From a virus (Duplodnaviria > Heunggongvirae > Uroviricota > Caudoviricetes): DNA of 64,000 nt. The position numbers and the translations under genes were made by a program. Below are positions 47,198 to 56,483 of this stretch, piece after piece. The stretch lies in the IMG/VR virus record IMGVR_UViG_3300042901_002340; one strand, 5' to 3'. The notes under the pieces were generated by a model. It had not been told where the DNA came from. It did no database searches and saw only the letters and a list, made by a program, of their open reading frames with translations. Position 1 is the stretch's first letter. Each line of letters begins with the position of its first letter.

Positions 47198-48103
47198 TTA
47201 GATAACTTTTAATTGTTTAAGTTTGTGCATCTCATTATCGTTTCTTAATGAGAATTCAGGATCGGACATATCAACATAACTGTTGGTTGTGTAGATACCA
47301 TCGAAGTGTTCATTTAGTGGCTTTAAACCAGCTGAAAAGATTCCATGGGTTACAACAAGGAAAATCTTACCTGTTGCATTTTTTTCTCTGAGTGCTTTAG
47401 CAATCTCGATAAATGTGCGTCCTCCGTCGCAAATATCATCTAAGATAAAGAAGTCTTTATCTAGATCCTCAGGTTTTAAAGGAACATCAGTGTGTGTAAT
47501 CTTGCCAGTCCCAATGTCTCTGTGTTTTGAAGCTATAACTATGTCCTGCTTATATCCAATGGACTCGGCAACATCGTAAACTTTCTTAAGAGCTCCAGCA
47601 TCCGGAGATATTAATCTCATTTTGGAATAATCAGTGCTTCCAGAATTGAAATAGTCACGCAATACAAATGTTAGTAAACCCTGACCATATTGAGTTACCT
47701 TTTTGAATTTTTTGATACATGCCTCAGTCACATCCGAATGCGGGTCAAGTATTGTTACTCTTTTGAATTTCTGTGCATTGATAATAGGAGCAAGAACCTC
47801 TTTGATGTAATTAACACTTCCTTCCTCGAATTTTCTGTCCGATCTCGCACCTAATAGGTATGATATCTCAAGTGAAGTTGCTTTAACTCCAAGCTCTTTA
47901 AGAGCTTTATTTGCACAAATAACCAATTCAAGATCCAAGAATGAAGTTATTCTGGATTTTATTAAAACTGGTTCCATTTTCTCAAACATATCATGTTTGA
48001 GAACTTCACCCTCCAATATGGTGATGGCTTGCTGGCCATCCGGAAATTTGGAGACCTTGAATTTGATACCGTAGCTTAACGGTTCGGAAAGATTTATTAC
48101 CAT
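47198..48103 (-). CDS. Ribose-phosphate pyrophosphokinase (PRPP synthetase)-like protein; could be an ADPR-pyrophosphate synthetase (Adps) type
   Basis: RVTILDPHSDVTEAC matches the PRPP-synthetase DLHA..IQGFF region. FFILDDICDGGRTF matches the PRPP-binding loop VDDMIDTGGT. 301 aa. Confidence 0.65.
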   Translation of the reverse strand: MVINLSEPLSYGIKFKVSKFPDGQQAITILEGEVLKHDMFEKMEPVLIKSRITSFLDLELVICANKALKELGVKATSLEISYLLGARSDRKFEEGSVNYIKEVLAPIINAQKFKRVTILDPHSDVTEACIKKFKKVTQYGQGLLTFVLRDYFNSGSTDYSKMRLISPDAGALKKVYDVAESIGYKQDIVIASKHRDIGTGKITHTDVPLKPEDLDKDFFILDDICDGGRTFIEIAKALREKNATGKIFLVVTHGIFSAGLKPLNEHFDGIYTTNSYVDMSDPEFSLRNDNEMHKLKQLKVI

Positions 48104-48115
48104 TATTTTTATTTT

Positions 48116-48862
48116 TTAAGATTCTAATTTGTTCCAGAATTGATTCTTGGCCAATCTTTCATTGATTGATGTGTATAGCTCACTAACCTTCAGTGCTTCT
48201 GTTAGTTTTTCGATAGTGCAACCTCTTTCTGCATAAGGATTGTTAAATCTTTGGTACATACCATCACTACCGAAATGAGGTGTTTCCAGAATCTCAGTTG
48301 GCTCATACATGTCAACGGCACCATCTTTTATCGAGTACTCAACAACAGCTTCGAGTGGTCTATCGTCCTCTCCTGCTTCCTGGTTCATTAGCTGTACCCT
48401 CATTTCAAGAAAAGGAAATGCTTCAGCAATTTTAACACAGTCGTCATAAACATCCTGTACGCTTGGCCACTTTCCTATATTGTAATTACTAGATCCAATT
48501 GTACCGTCCCAGTTGCACCAACCGTGTGGACCTCCAATCCAAGAAGAAACAATTCTGGAGTTGCTTAGGTAGTTAAGTTCAAGAACTCCGTATTTTTTAC
48601 CAGTTGATTCTGTCAAATCCCAGGCACCGTTAAAATCGAGGTTGTGCTTTTCTTTAAGTGTATCTCTGAGATCACTCCATGACACATCCACATCATAAAT
48701 TAGTTTATGGATCTTTTTTTCAAATTCTCTGTCATTGGAACAGAAACTAAATCGATCTGTCATGACATTAATAACCATTGCCTGCTGTTCAGTAACAGGT
48801 TTGCCAACAACAACTAGTGCTGGCCATTTAGGAAGTCCCTTGTTGAATAATTCTTCGTTCAT
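48116..48862 (-). CDS. Hypothetical protein
   Basis: 248-aa ORF. Confidence 0.5.
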   Translation of the reverse strand: MNEELFNKGLPKWPALVVVGKPVTEQQAMVINVMTDRFSFCSNDREFEKKIHKLIYDVDVSWSDLRDTLKEKHNLDFNGAWDLTESTGKKYGVLELNYLSNSRIVSSWIGGPHGWCNWDGTIGSSNYNIGKWPSVQDVYDDCVKIAEAFPFLEMRVQLMNQEAGEDDRPLEAVVEYSIKDGAVDMYEPTEILETPHFGSDGMYQRFNNPYAERGCTIEKLTEALKVSELYTSINERLAKNQFWNKLES

Positions 48863-48878
48863 ATCATTAAATTATATG

Positions 48879-48913
48879 CAAATATAAAAAAAAGATTCGA
48901 AATAAAAAAATTA
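48879..48913 (-). promoter_or_regulatory. Conserved promoter element plus a perfect hairpin terminator (gattcgaaataa-aaaaa-ttatttcgaatc, T6)
   Basis: Lies upstream of 48116..48862 and downstream of 48911..49267. Confidence 0.55.
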
Positions 48914-49156
48914 TTTCGAATCTTTTTTGATCCCGTCCCAAAGCTGTTTAAAGTGATTGTCACCTGTGGGAGTTGATGTTATTATCACCTTGCCCTCAAA
49001 GTCCCCCTCTATTTTAGGAAAGGTCTTCTCGTATGTTTCTGGATGAATTGTATTGATGTAATTTTCTCTGAAATATTCCTCAGATTCAATGCATTTTCTC
49101 AATTCCTTCTTGATCTTTTTTTTCTTATGATTCTCGTTATATTGTCCCATTTGCTT
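48911..49156 (-). CDS. Hypothetical small basic protein (start moved to MGQYNEN)
   Basis: ORF 48911..49267 overlaps 49137..49511 by 130 nt. The internal Met at 49156 removes the overlap. Confidence 0.35.
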   Translation of the reverse strand, partial: KQMGQYNENHKKKKIKKELRKCIESEEYFRENYINTIHPETYEKTFPKIEGDFEGKVIITSTPTGDNHFKQLWDGIKKDSK

Positions 49157-49511
49157 CCAATATGATTTTAAATGTGTACCATAACTGAAGATAATGTAGG
49201 ATTTGATCAAATCCAACAACAACGAATCCATTATGATAATCTCCCTTGTCCCAGAAAGGTTTACCAATTCTACTTGTAAGAAAATCTGTACACCAGTGAC
49301 AAACGAATGTCACGGTAGCAAAGAATACTGCTTGTCTAAAATCACCAAAGTAAAACCAGGAAGCCATTAACCATATAATCGAATAAACAGCAACGTGATA
49401 CGTTAGCCATTTTGGGTCTGTGCTTTTACCTTTTGCCTGGTCATCAGTTTGTAATGCGAAGTCTGCTAGGAAGTGTATTAGCAGAATGAAGATGAATATT
49501 TTATCCGTCAT
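49137..49511 (-). CDS. Hypothetical membrane protein
   Basis: 124 aa with 3-4 hydrophobic helices. Confidence 0.45.
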   Translation of the reverse strand: MTDKIFIFILLIHFLADFALQTDDQAKGKSTDPKWLTYHVAVYSIIWLMASWFYFGDFRQAVFFATVTFVCHWCTDFLTSRIGKPFWDKGDYHNGFVVVGFDQILHYLQLWYTFKIILEANGTI

Positions 49512-49512
49512 T

Positions 49513-49965
49513 TTATTTTATTTGTTTCCAAGCTACATGCAATCTAAAATCATCGTGATATTGTATTACATCAAAACTTATAACGTTGCTCACCGTAATC
49601 TTTTTTGTTATTGGATCAAGGGTACCAGCAATTGTTGGTCTTATGACACCAGCCGCAGATTCAACTAAGTTTCTAGCTATTTCGCCATGAGGAGTATCCA
49701 TAAACTCAACATCAGCAACAAGAAACCCATCAACCACATCCACCCTTGATACCTGATGAGTCACCTTTGATAGATCAATCGAAAAGTTTTCGTAGGTCCT
49801 ATCGCTAGCATCATGTATTAGCTCACCTCCAAAGAATCCCTTGTCTATTGCTTCCTTGGCATTCTCGTACATTTTAGTTATAGCCTCTTTTGTGTAGATG
49901 TTACCTATCAGATTAGGTACGTCAGCTTGCGCTATTGCTATTGTCATATGTTTATTAGAAGACAT
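49513..49965 (-). CDS. Hypothetical protein
   Basis: 150-aa ORF. Confidence 0.5.
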   Translation of the reverse strand: MSSNKHMTIAIAQADVPNLIGNIYTKEAITKMYENAKEAIDKGFFGGELIHDASDRTYENFSIDLSKVTHQVSRVDVVDGFLVADVEFMDTPHGEIARNLVESAAGVIRPTIAGTLDPITKKITVSNVISFDVIQYHDDFRLHVAWKQIK

Positions 49966-50209
49966 TTGTGATCTGTCTTGTTAAGATTGCTGAATCCTCC
50001 TCAGGTCTGGATTTTATATCCAAAGAGACACTTTCACCATAGGCAACAGCTTTAACTATGGTTTCTCCATAGCTGTCGACTTCGGTTCTGAAATCTACAA
50101 ATCCCGCTCCATCTATTCTGCCCATTCCCTTAGCCATGGTAGAATGTGTTATGACTGCAGAGAAAATGATTGCACTTCCGTCTGCTATAATATACTTTGG
50201 TTTATACAT
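49955..50209 (-). CDS. Hypothetical small protein
   Basis: 84-aa ORF. Confidence 0.4.
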   Translation of the reverse strand: MYKPKYIIADGSAIIFSAVITHSTMAKGMGRIDGAGFVDFRTEVDSYGETIVKAVAYGESVSLDIKSRPEEDSAILTRQITNVF

Positions 50210-50471
50210 CTTTTTGGTATTTATCTAAAAATTTTTGTATTATCGAAGATCCGCTCGATGACTTTCCAACAATCATGTTTAGCTCACCATCCTGTGGGCC
50301 AACCATATTATTCAAAGCCTCTGCCATTCTTTCCTTGAGTGACATGTTAGCTAATCTCTCCTCAGCTGCTTTATTTTCAAGATCAATGAACTCCTTCCAC
50401 TCCGGAGAGGACACGATTTCATTTATGCTATTGTACTTCAACTTCTTCAGATTTAGGTGATTTAATTTCAA
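50202..50471 (-). CDS. Hypothetical small protein
   Basis: 89-aa ORF. Confidence 0.4.
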   Translation of the reverse strand: MKLNHLNLKKLKYNSINEIVSSPEWKEFIDLENKAAEERLANMSLKERMAEALNNMVGPQDGELNMIVGKSSSGSSIIQKFLDKYQKDV

Positions 50472-51282
50472 ACTCCGGAATCATGACATCCATAAATTCT
50501 CTCTCCTGTGTGAATATAGGTGTCGGAATCATTTGCCATTTCAGTCTTTCAACCTGGCCATCTCTACCTTCAATCATTGTTGGTACCTTAGCAATAATGC
50601 CACCTCTTTTTTCTCTGAAGTGATAGTCATTCCAGTTGATTCCTTTCTGAAAAATCATCTCTTGCATGTCCTTCTCCTTCTTGCCATTTAATTCACTTTG
50701 TGAATATAGGCTTTGCGCAACGGATTGGATTGAGTTTCTAGTTCCATCTTGCTGTCTGAAGATGAAATAGTTCTCAACCTCACTTTTTTGTGGAATCTGA
50801 AACACCCTAGCATCGAACTCTGCTAGTTTAAATTTTTCGATCTCTGCTTGACTCATTGTTTGATCCAATATCGAAGATGCTAAACTTGCCATTGGATCAA
50901 CATTGTTCTTAGCATATCTGATCATTCTCAGCTGGTTGAACTTTGCAGTTGCCATAGAAGCTGCAACCGATGCCATTTTTTGTAGATTCCCATCGAACCA
51001 CATTTGAGTGTCTCTCTCTTCGAAATCAGTAATAAGTATACTGATCTCATCTGATTGAACATAGCCAAATTTTGCTCCCTGTATATTCTTACAAAGGTAG
51101 GCGGTGGTCTCGTTCATGTCTGCAATTAAACCTGCATCAAATGGAGATACCAAACCTTTTGTGTAGGTGTGGAAAGCTTTCCCGTCGATTCTGATTATTG
51201 TGTACGTTCTCCGTGGAACATAGTATCTAAAACGGTCTTCGTAGAATTCTTTCATACGATCGCCAAGGCTAAAGATTTTCAT
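50428..51282 (-). CDS. Thg1-like protein (tRNA-His guanylyltransferase family 3'-5' nucleotidyltransferase)
   Basis: TIIRIDGKAFHTYTKG...FGYVQSDEISILI and ..KMASVAASMATAKF match the Thg1/TLP catalytic core (cf. VVVRLDGRNFHRF...AYGQSDEYSFVF, ..KFMTHVASQFASSY, as recalled). Confidence 0.75.
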   Translation of the reverse strand: MKIFSLGDRMKEFYEDRFRYYVPRRTYTIIRIDGKAFHTYTKGLVSPFDAGLIADMNETTAYLCKNIQGAKFGYVQSDEISILITDFEERDTQMWFDGNLQKMASVAASMATAKFNQLRMIRYAKNNVDPMASLASSILDQTMSQAEIEKFKLAEFDARVFQIPQKSEVENYFIFRQQDGTRNSIQSVAQSLYSQSELNGKKEKDMQEMIFQKGINWNDYHFREKRGGIIAKVPTMIEGRDGQVERLKWQMIPTPIFTQEREFMDVMIPEFEIKSPKSEEVEVQ

Positions 51283-51284
51283 AG

Positions 51285-52169
51285 TTAATTTTTTAATTCG
51301 TATAATCCCTCCCTAACTAGAACGCTGTGCAGATCTCTAATTCTAAAGTAGTAACATGCATTTTTTGTTGATCCTCCATAGTAATCATGATCGTAAGATT
51401 CATCAACATCAACACACTCAGCCCATATTTTTTTGTATAGCATGAATGATATATGTGGACAAACCTCGTTGATTATATCGTCGAAGGCACTAAAGTTGGA
51501 TACTGGTGCTTCCCCAGAAACCGTTCCTCCGCCTCCCCAGCAATCTTTCCAATCTCCACCTAGACACCAGGATTGTGAGGTAACTTTTCCATCCCGATCT
51601 GGGCAAGAATGCTTGGATGCAATCTCATCCCTAAAAACCTCCCATGCTAATTTCATTACAGTTTTATGTGTTTGTATCGAAACTTTGACATCCTTCATTT
51701 CTGATAGACTTTCTGATATTTTAGCAAGATCTGGTGTTTCTATTGTTGAATTTGCGATTGATATCGATGAGTTCTTATCCCTTCTTCCTCTATCGTTGTG
51801 CATGCACGCATCAATATCGGGTGTCCAGTAATTGATTACAACCTCAGTATTCTTTCTGATTTGTAACTTATTCAAAAGATCTATAATACCGCCATTCGTT
51901 GAAACGAAAAGATCCAATATAACCTCATCATAATGCGTGGAGCTATTTTGATATTCTCTGATCATCTCAACATCAGGTTTGGTCAGTGAAGCGGATGGAT
52001 ACCTTCTTCTGATCTCGTATCTCTCCCTCAACTTATCAAATTCTATATGAAGAACCCCACCTTTGCTCCTCATGCTTCCTGCTGGCCCCTGTTTATCTTT
52101 AGCCCATGTGGTCTTTCCTGATCCCGGTAAACCAACTGTTATATGTAATTTTTGATTATTCATTCTCAC
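51285..52169 (-). CDS. P-loop kinase (polynucleotide-kinase-like) next to the Thg1-like gene
   Basis: Walker A ITVGLPGSGKTTWAKD at the N-terminus. The downstream region has no clear HAD phosphatase motif. Confidence 0.45.
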   Translation of the reverse strand: MRMNNQKLHITVGLPGSGKTTWAKDKQGPAGSMRSKGGVLHIEFDKLRERYEIRRRYPSASLTKPDVEMIREYQNSSTHYDEVILDLFVSTNGGIIDLLNKLQIRKNTEVVINYWTPDIDACMHNDRGRRDKNSSISIANSTIETPDLAKISESLSEMKDVKVSIQTHKTVMKLAWEVFRDEIASKHSCPDRDGKVTSQSWCLGGDWKDCWGGGGTVSGEAPVSNFSAFDDIINEVCPHISFMLYKKIWAECVDVDESYDHDYYGGSTKNACYYFRIRDLHSVLVREGLYELKN

Positions 52170-52392
52170 TTATAAATATAAATGGGTATTTTTCCTTCAT
52201 CTTTTCAGAATCCTCCGTTGCTTTATCCAGATGTTCTTTGTGGTATTTTTTAGAGTCTAATTTTCTTGAATAAATTATTCTTAATAGATCTTTTATTATC
52301 TCTTCCTGTGATTCGAAGTTATAATTAGCAAGCATCGGATAGATTCTATCTGCTGCTTCGTGAATTTCTAGGTTCTGAGATGAATCTTCCAT
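52156..52392 (-). CDS. Hypothetical small acidic protein
   Basis: 78-aa ORF. Confidence 0.4.
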   Translation of the reverse strand: MEDSSQNLEIHEAADRIYPMLANYNFESQEEIIKDLLRIIYSRKLDSKKYHKEHLDKATEDSEKMKEKYPFIFISENE

Positions 52393-52394
52393 TA

Positions 52395-52595
52395 CTATAA
52401 AGTTTCGTCTGGAAAGAATTTTTCAAATAGAATACCAAATCCTCCATGTTCTGTTACAGCAACCTTTCCTGTTGATACTTCTCTTGCTGTTACTGAGATG
52501 ATTCTCCACCCGTCGTTTAACACAGCATCAACTTCTTCCTGTGCATTAATTTTACCGCTTGAGGTAATTAAAAATTTTTGTCTAGTTACTGCCAT
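52395..52595 (-). CDS. Hypothetical small protein
   Basis: 66-aa ORF. Confidence 0.35.
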   Translation of the reverse strand: MAVTRQKFLITSSGKINAQEEVDAVLNDGWRIISVTAREVSTGKVAVTEHGGFGILFEKFFPDETL

Positions 52596-52607
52596 TTTAT
52601 TTGGTTT

Positions 52608-53040
52608 TTATAATGAAAAAATACATTCTTTTTTTGGATTGAATATTCTTAGAACAGTCCCCTGTCCAAATACCCAATTGAAGTAATGACCTCGATATTT
52701 AATAGTACCTCCACCAAAACTTGCATCAAAGCTATCAAGTTGTTTGTTATAAGGTCTCCCACCTATCTCGGCAGCATCGAATACAAAGTACATCAGATTT
52801 CTAGGATGTGGCATGTGACCTTTAGCGTAACATCTTCCCTCATATGCATCATCATGTCTAGCAATCTCCTTAGCTAATTTGAATTCAAATTCCGCTCTGG
52901 ATAGGCTCTCGATATACTTGAAGGCTCTTTGTTTTCTGTCAGCCTCCCTTTTCATCTTAGCCCCAATTCTTTCCATTGAAGCCTTTCCCTCTGGGGTCTC
53001 CATGAAAGCCTCTAATTTCTCCAACATATCCGATGCCATG
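52608..53040 (-). CDS. Hypothetical protein (start moved to the ATG for MASDMLEKL)
   Basis: The ORF-track start at 53066 is TTG and lies inside the conserved promoter motif. The ATG at 53040 sits about 25 nt downstream of the motif, as at other genes. Confidence 0.5.
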
Positions 53041-53062
53041 ATTCCTTTTATTAAATTATATT

Positions 53063-53096
53063 GCAAATATATGGATTTAATTCGAGATATAAAAAT
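53063..53096 (-). promoter_or_regulatory. Conserved promoter element (gcaaatatatg ... ttcgagatataaaaat)
   Basis: Lies upstream of 52608..53040. Confidence 0.5.
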
Positions 53097-53106
53097 TTAT
53101 TTCAAA

Positions 53107-53403
53107 TTATTTTTTAAGATTTGGAAACTCAAGAAACTCAGAATCCAATATTTCTTTTATCATTTTCAGTTTAATACCTGATGGATCTGTTATATGGAGA
53201 TGTCTTATGCTGGATGTTATTGATTTTATATCGTACGTAAGTCCCCATCCGGAAGCACAGGTATCTGCATCTCTACCAAACATAGCTTCAAAAGTATCCT
53301 TAACCCTTTGTCTCAATGGGAAATCCGCACCAAATTCCATCTCGCTTCTTTTAACTGGACCGATCTCGCAGTACCAATACTCGTCTTTTTCTTCTTTATT
53401 CAT
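53107..53403 (-). CDS. Hypothetical protein
   Basis: 98-aa ORF. Confidence 0.45.
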   Translation of the reverse strand: MNKEEKDEYWYCEIGPVKRSEMEFGADFPLRQRVKDTFEAMFGRDADTCASGWGLTYDIKSITSSIRHLHITDPSGIKLKMIKEILDSEFLEFPNLKK

Positions 53404-53405
53404 TT

Positions 53406-53804
53406 TTAATTTTGATTTACAACCTCAAGTCCAATGAAGCTCTCAAGATCTAGATTAATTCTGAACCAGTATTCATATCCTCCATCATGTCTTCCACCCT
53501 CATTAGAGTAGCTTGTGTCCTCCCAGAAATAGATCTCTATAACGTCGTTCTTAACCACTATTTGATTATCCTCACCAACTTCAAAGTCCATGAAAATCTC
53601 ATCGTGTTTCGGATCTGTTATGAAACGATAAAGGCTTTCTCCCTTCACCTTGTCCTCCTCAATATCCTCGATGAATTGTAGATATTCCTCCAATGTTGAG
53701 TATTCATCTAATGTATTTTTTCTCGTTTCCTGATATAGGCCAATAAAGTCGAAGAAGTTCTTCAACATATCTGATTCTGTCATAATTTTTGTTTTCTGTT
53801 CCAA
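53406..53804 (-). CDS. Hypothetical acidic protein
   Basis: 132-aa ORF. Confidence 0.45.
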   Translation of the reverse strand: MEQKTKIMTESDMLKNFFDFIGLYQETRKNTLDEYSTLEEYLQFIEDIEEDKVKGESLYRFITDPKHDEIFMDFEVGEDNQIVVKNDVIEIYFWEDTSYSNEGGRHDGGYEYWFRINLDLESFIGLEVVNQN

Positions 53805-54205
53805 TTATAATTAACAACCTCTCCATTAATATATTCCTTCCACGTCTTTTTCCATGGCCCCGAAAATAGTATTGTCATGCATCCAGTTCCATTTCCTATT
53901 TTATGATACGAATCCCTAGGAAAGTATTGAAAAACCTTCACTCTTGGTATAACCTTATATTCCCCACTCTCCTCGTTTAATAGGAGGTATTCATTATATC
54001 TACCAAAAAGTTTTACTGAGAATGCATTAAACGCATGAGTATGAAATCTATCCTGAACACCATCGCTTTTATGAAAATAAAAGAAGATAATGGAGAATAA
54101 CCATTTGCATTCAAACAGGACAAATTGAGAAACCATCTGGTCTCCAAATATGAACCTATTATAAGCTAATATTGATATTATTCTACCTTTCATGGCATCA
54201 CCCAA
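53780..54205 (-). CDS. Hypothetical protein
   Basis: 141-aa ORF. Confidence 0.45.
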   Translation of the reverse strand: MGDAMKGRIISILAYNRFIFGDQMVSQFVLFECKWLFSIIFFYFHKSDGVQDRFHTHAFNAFSVKLFGRYNEYLLLNEESGEYKVIPRVKVFQYFPRDSYHKIGNGTGCMTILFSGPWKKTWKEYINGEVVNYNWNRKQKL

Positions 54206-54444
54206 TAATATTTGCCACGATGTTTACAAACTGGTATATTGTAAAGTGGTTGTTCCAATGGAACCCTGTATATGATAACTCTTCCTGATTTTGTTTCTAG
54301 TGTAACTGTCCTTCCCCAAGCCGATGGGACTGCATAAATAACTTCGCCATTCATTCTTTCGTCCGTCTTACATATGTTCCGTAATCCCCCGCATGATACA
54401 CTAAGACAAAAAAGAGCTATTGATAATGCTATTTTGACTCTCAT
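54190..54444 (-). CDS. Small secreted protein (signal peptide MRVKIALSIALFCLSVSCGG, lipoprotein-like)
   Basis: 84 aa. The N-terminal hydrophobic segment ends in LSVSC. Confidence 0.4.
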   Translation of the reverse strand: MRVKIALSIALFCLSVSCGGLRNICKTDERMNGEVIYAVPSAWGRTVTLETKSGRVIIYRVPLEQPLYNIPVCKHRGKYYWVMP

Positions 54445-54794
54445 GATTTGAAATATATTGTGGCAGGAAATCCACCAAATACAAACTTAGTAACATCACA
54501 AAGCCACATATCAATATCATATCTGATACCCATATATTTTTCCATCCTATACCATGCACCCTCTCCCAATTCCCAATTTTCCAAGCGACCAAGATATAAA
54601 AACTCCATAAAATTCGCACCCTCGAAATTCTCATTAGCTAGAGTAACATAAATTGTTGTGTCCCCTTGCGAAAGTATATCCAGAAATGTATCAGCACCGG
54701 AAACCATCTGTAGATCAGCTTTTGATCCCTCCCATTCAGGTAGATCAACAAACCATCCGATTTCATCCTTATAAAATTTAAAAAGTCTTCTCAT
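54441..54794 (-). CDS. Hypothetical protein
   Basis: 117-aa ORF. Confidence 0.45.
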   Translation of the reverse strand: MRRLFKFYKDEIGWFVDLPEWEGSKADLQMVSGADTFLDILSQGDTTIYVTLANENFEGANFMEFLYLGRLENWELGEGAWYRMEKYMGIRYDIDMWLCDVTKFVFGGFPATIYFKS

Positions 54795-55204
54795 TATAAA
54801 AGTTTTAGAGCCTCCCTGATTCCCTCAGCTAAGCATTCTCTCATATCCCTTGTTGAATATGAGTTGTATTTTTCCATGTAGCCATATCCATCAGCATCAT
54901 GATCCTCCCAAACTCTAACCCGTAGATCAAGAAACCCATCATCACCTCTAAAAGTTTCTATCAGTGTGCTGCATCTTTTTTCCAACCAATTAACAACCTG
55001 TGAATATAATGGAGCAGAAATGGACTCAGGTAAACCACCAAAATGGTTATAATCCATTGGATGAAGCTTATAGGTATTAACGTTAATACACTCCTCTAGT
55101 GTACCATCTTCGTTGTAAATCATGAAGCATGGTTCACTAAATCCTCTATTTTTAAGTTGTACCGCTATATCAACTGGTACACAATGTTCCTCCATTATAT
55201 GCAT
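54794..55204 (-). CDS. Family B paralog
   Basis: AVQLKNRGFSEPCFMIYNEDG ... YSQVVNWLEK. Related to 55195..55587, 55580..55939 and 34972..35355. Confidence 0.5.
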   Translation of the reverse strand: MHIMEEHCVPVDIAVQLKNRGFSEPCFMIYNEDGTLEECINVNTYKLHPMDYNHFGGLPESISAPLYSQVVNWLEKRCSTLIETFRGDDGFLDLRVRVWEDHDADGYGYMEKYNSYSTRDMRECLAEGIREALKLL

Positions 55205-55587
55205 GATAGTGCTGATTTTATTGCTGCGTTTATTGCATCATAGTAATCCTCATAAGGTCCGTCGCCATGATCCATTTCGTCCTGGTCTTTGTCAGTGTAA
55301 TTTGTGTACTCGTAGGTGATTGTGTTATCTTCCATTAGAAATGGCATAATGACAATAATGATCCCGTGTTCATCTCTAAGCCAATCAGTTACCTGTTGAT
55401 GAGTTGGTGCAAGTATTAGATCATCAATCCTATATCCCAATGCTTTAGATATTCCGCTAATGCCTGATCCCCAATGTTGATCAGTAGCTGATAATTTATC
55501 ATACTTATAGAAGCACACACATTCCATATCGAACCCTAATGCTTTTAAAGCAATAGCCAATTCCAAACTAACAAATAATTTATTCAT
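55195..55587 (-). CDS. Family B paralog
   Basis: LAIALKALGFDMECVCFYKYD ... THQQVTDWLRDEHGIIIVI. Confidence 0.5.
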   Translation of the reverse strand: MNKLFVSLELAIALKALGFDMECVCFYKYDKLSATDQHWGSGISGISKALGYRIDDLILAPTHQQVTDWLRDEHGIIIVIMPFLMEDNTITYEYTNYTDKDQDEMDHGDGPYEDYYDAINAAIKSALSCI

Positions 55588-55939
55588 TTTCTCCTACTAT
55601 TTTAAAAGCTCTTAACAAGCAAACTTCCAATGCTCCCTCGTATTCATCGTATCTTCCACCAACGTCATAATAAATAGCCCCTTTACCTCTAACCACAGAG
55701 CATCTGTAACCGCATCCATTAATGGATGCATCAATTAAAAAATGCAATCCATGGACCTCTCTAAACCATCTCTGTAATAAAGACTGTGTCGGTGCGCATG
55801 GTAAAGCACACTCTGAATTATGACATTTTGTCGTTTGCTTTTCATATCTACCATTCTGATAGAACCCATCACATTGCCAATCAAAATTAAAATTTCTGGC
55901 TATCATGGCTATATTTGGGGAAACTATTTGATCCTGCAT
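55580..55939 (-). CDS. Family B paralog
   Basis: IARNFNFDWQCDGFYQNG ... PTQSLLQRWFREVHGLHFLI is nearly identical to PTQSLLQKWLREELGINVFI in 34972..35355. Confidence 0.5.
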   Translation of the reverse strand: MQDQIVSPNIAMIARNFNFDWQCDGFYQNGRYEKQTTKCHNSECALPCAPTQSLLQRWFREVHGLHFLIDASINGCGYRCSVVRGKGAIYYDVGGRYDEYEGALEVCLLRAFKIVGENE

Positions 55940-56468
55940 TATCTGAAATTTTCCATTCTTTTTCTTATCGCTTCCGCAGCTTTATAATCTTCTGATTCAA
56001 TTGCATTTTTTAAATAAACCTGACACTCAATCTCAGTTAATAACTCGATTGGTTTTCCGTCTATGGTTCCTCGAGGTGAACTTGATGATGTGGAGTTTTT
56101 TGGTTCCTCTATATCTGCACTAAATGACGGATCGATCCCCATGACCTTCTTAGCCTCCTCGTAATTTCTTCTCCAGCAGGCAGATTTGTTCGATTTTACT
56201 TCCTTCCATTTTATCTTATAAACATTTCCATCATGAACATCGACATAGACATTATCTTCTGTCCACCCACAAAGCTTTGCGTAACTTTTACCATTTTTTC
56301 TTAGAACATCGTATGCAGTGTCCGAATTAAATTGGTCCAGAATCAATTTATCACCAACCTTCCAATCCTTATATTCAGATTTTCTTGATCTTATTTTAAA
56401 AAAAGATCCAATGGCGATTATAATCACTATTGCAAATATTGCTAATGCTATGTAAGTTAATGTTTCCA
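55939..56468 (-). CDS. Hypothetical membrane-anchored protein (start moved to the ATG for METLTYIALAIF)
   Basis: The track start at 56487 is TTG within the promoter motif. The ATG at 56468 is followed by a TM helix. Confidence 0.5.
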
Positions 56469-56483
56469 TATGTAAAATTTTAT

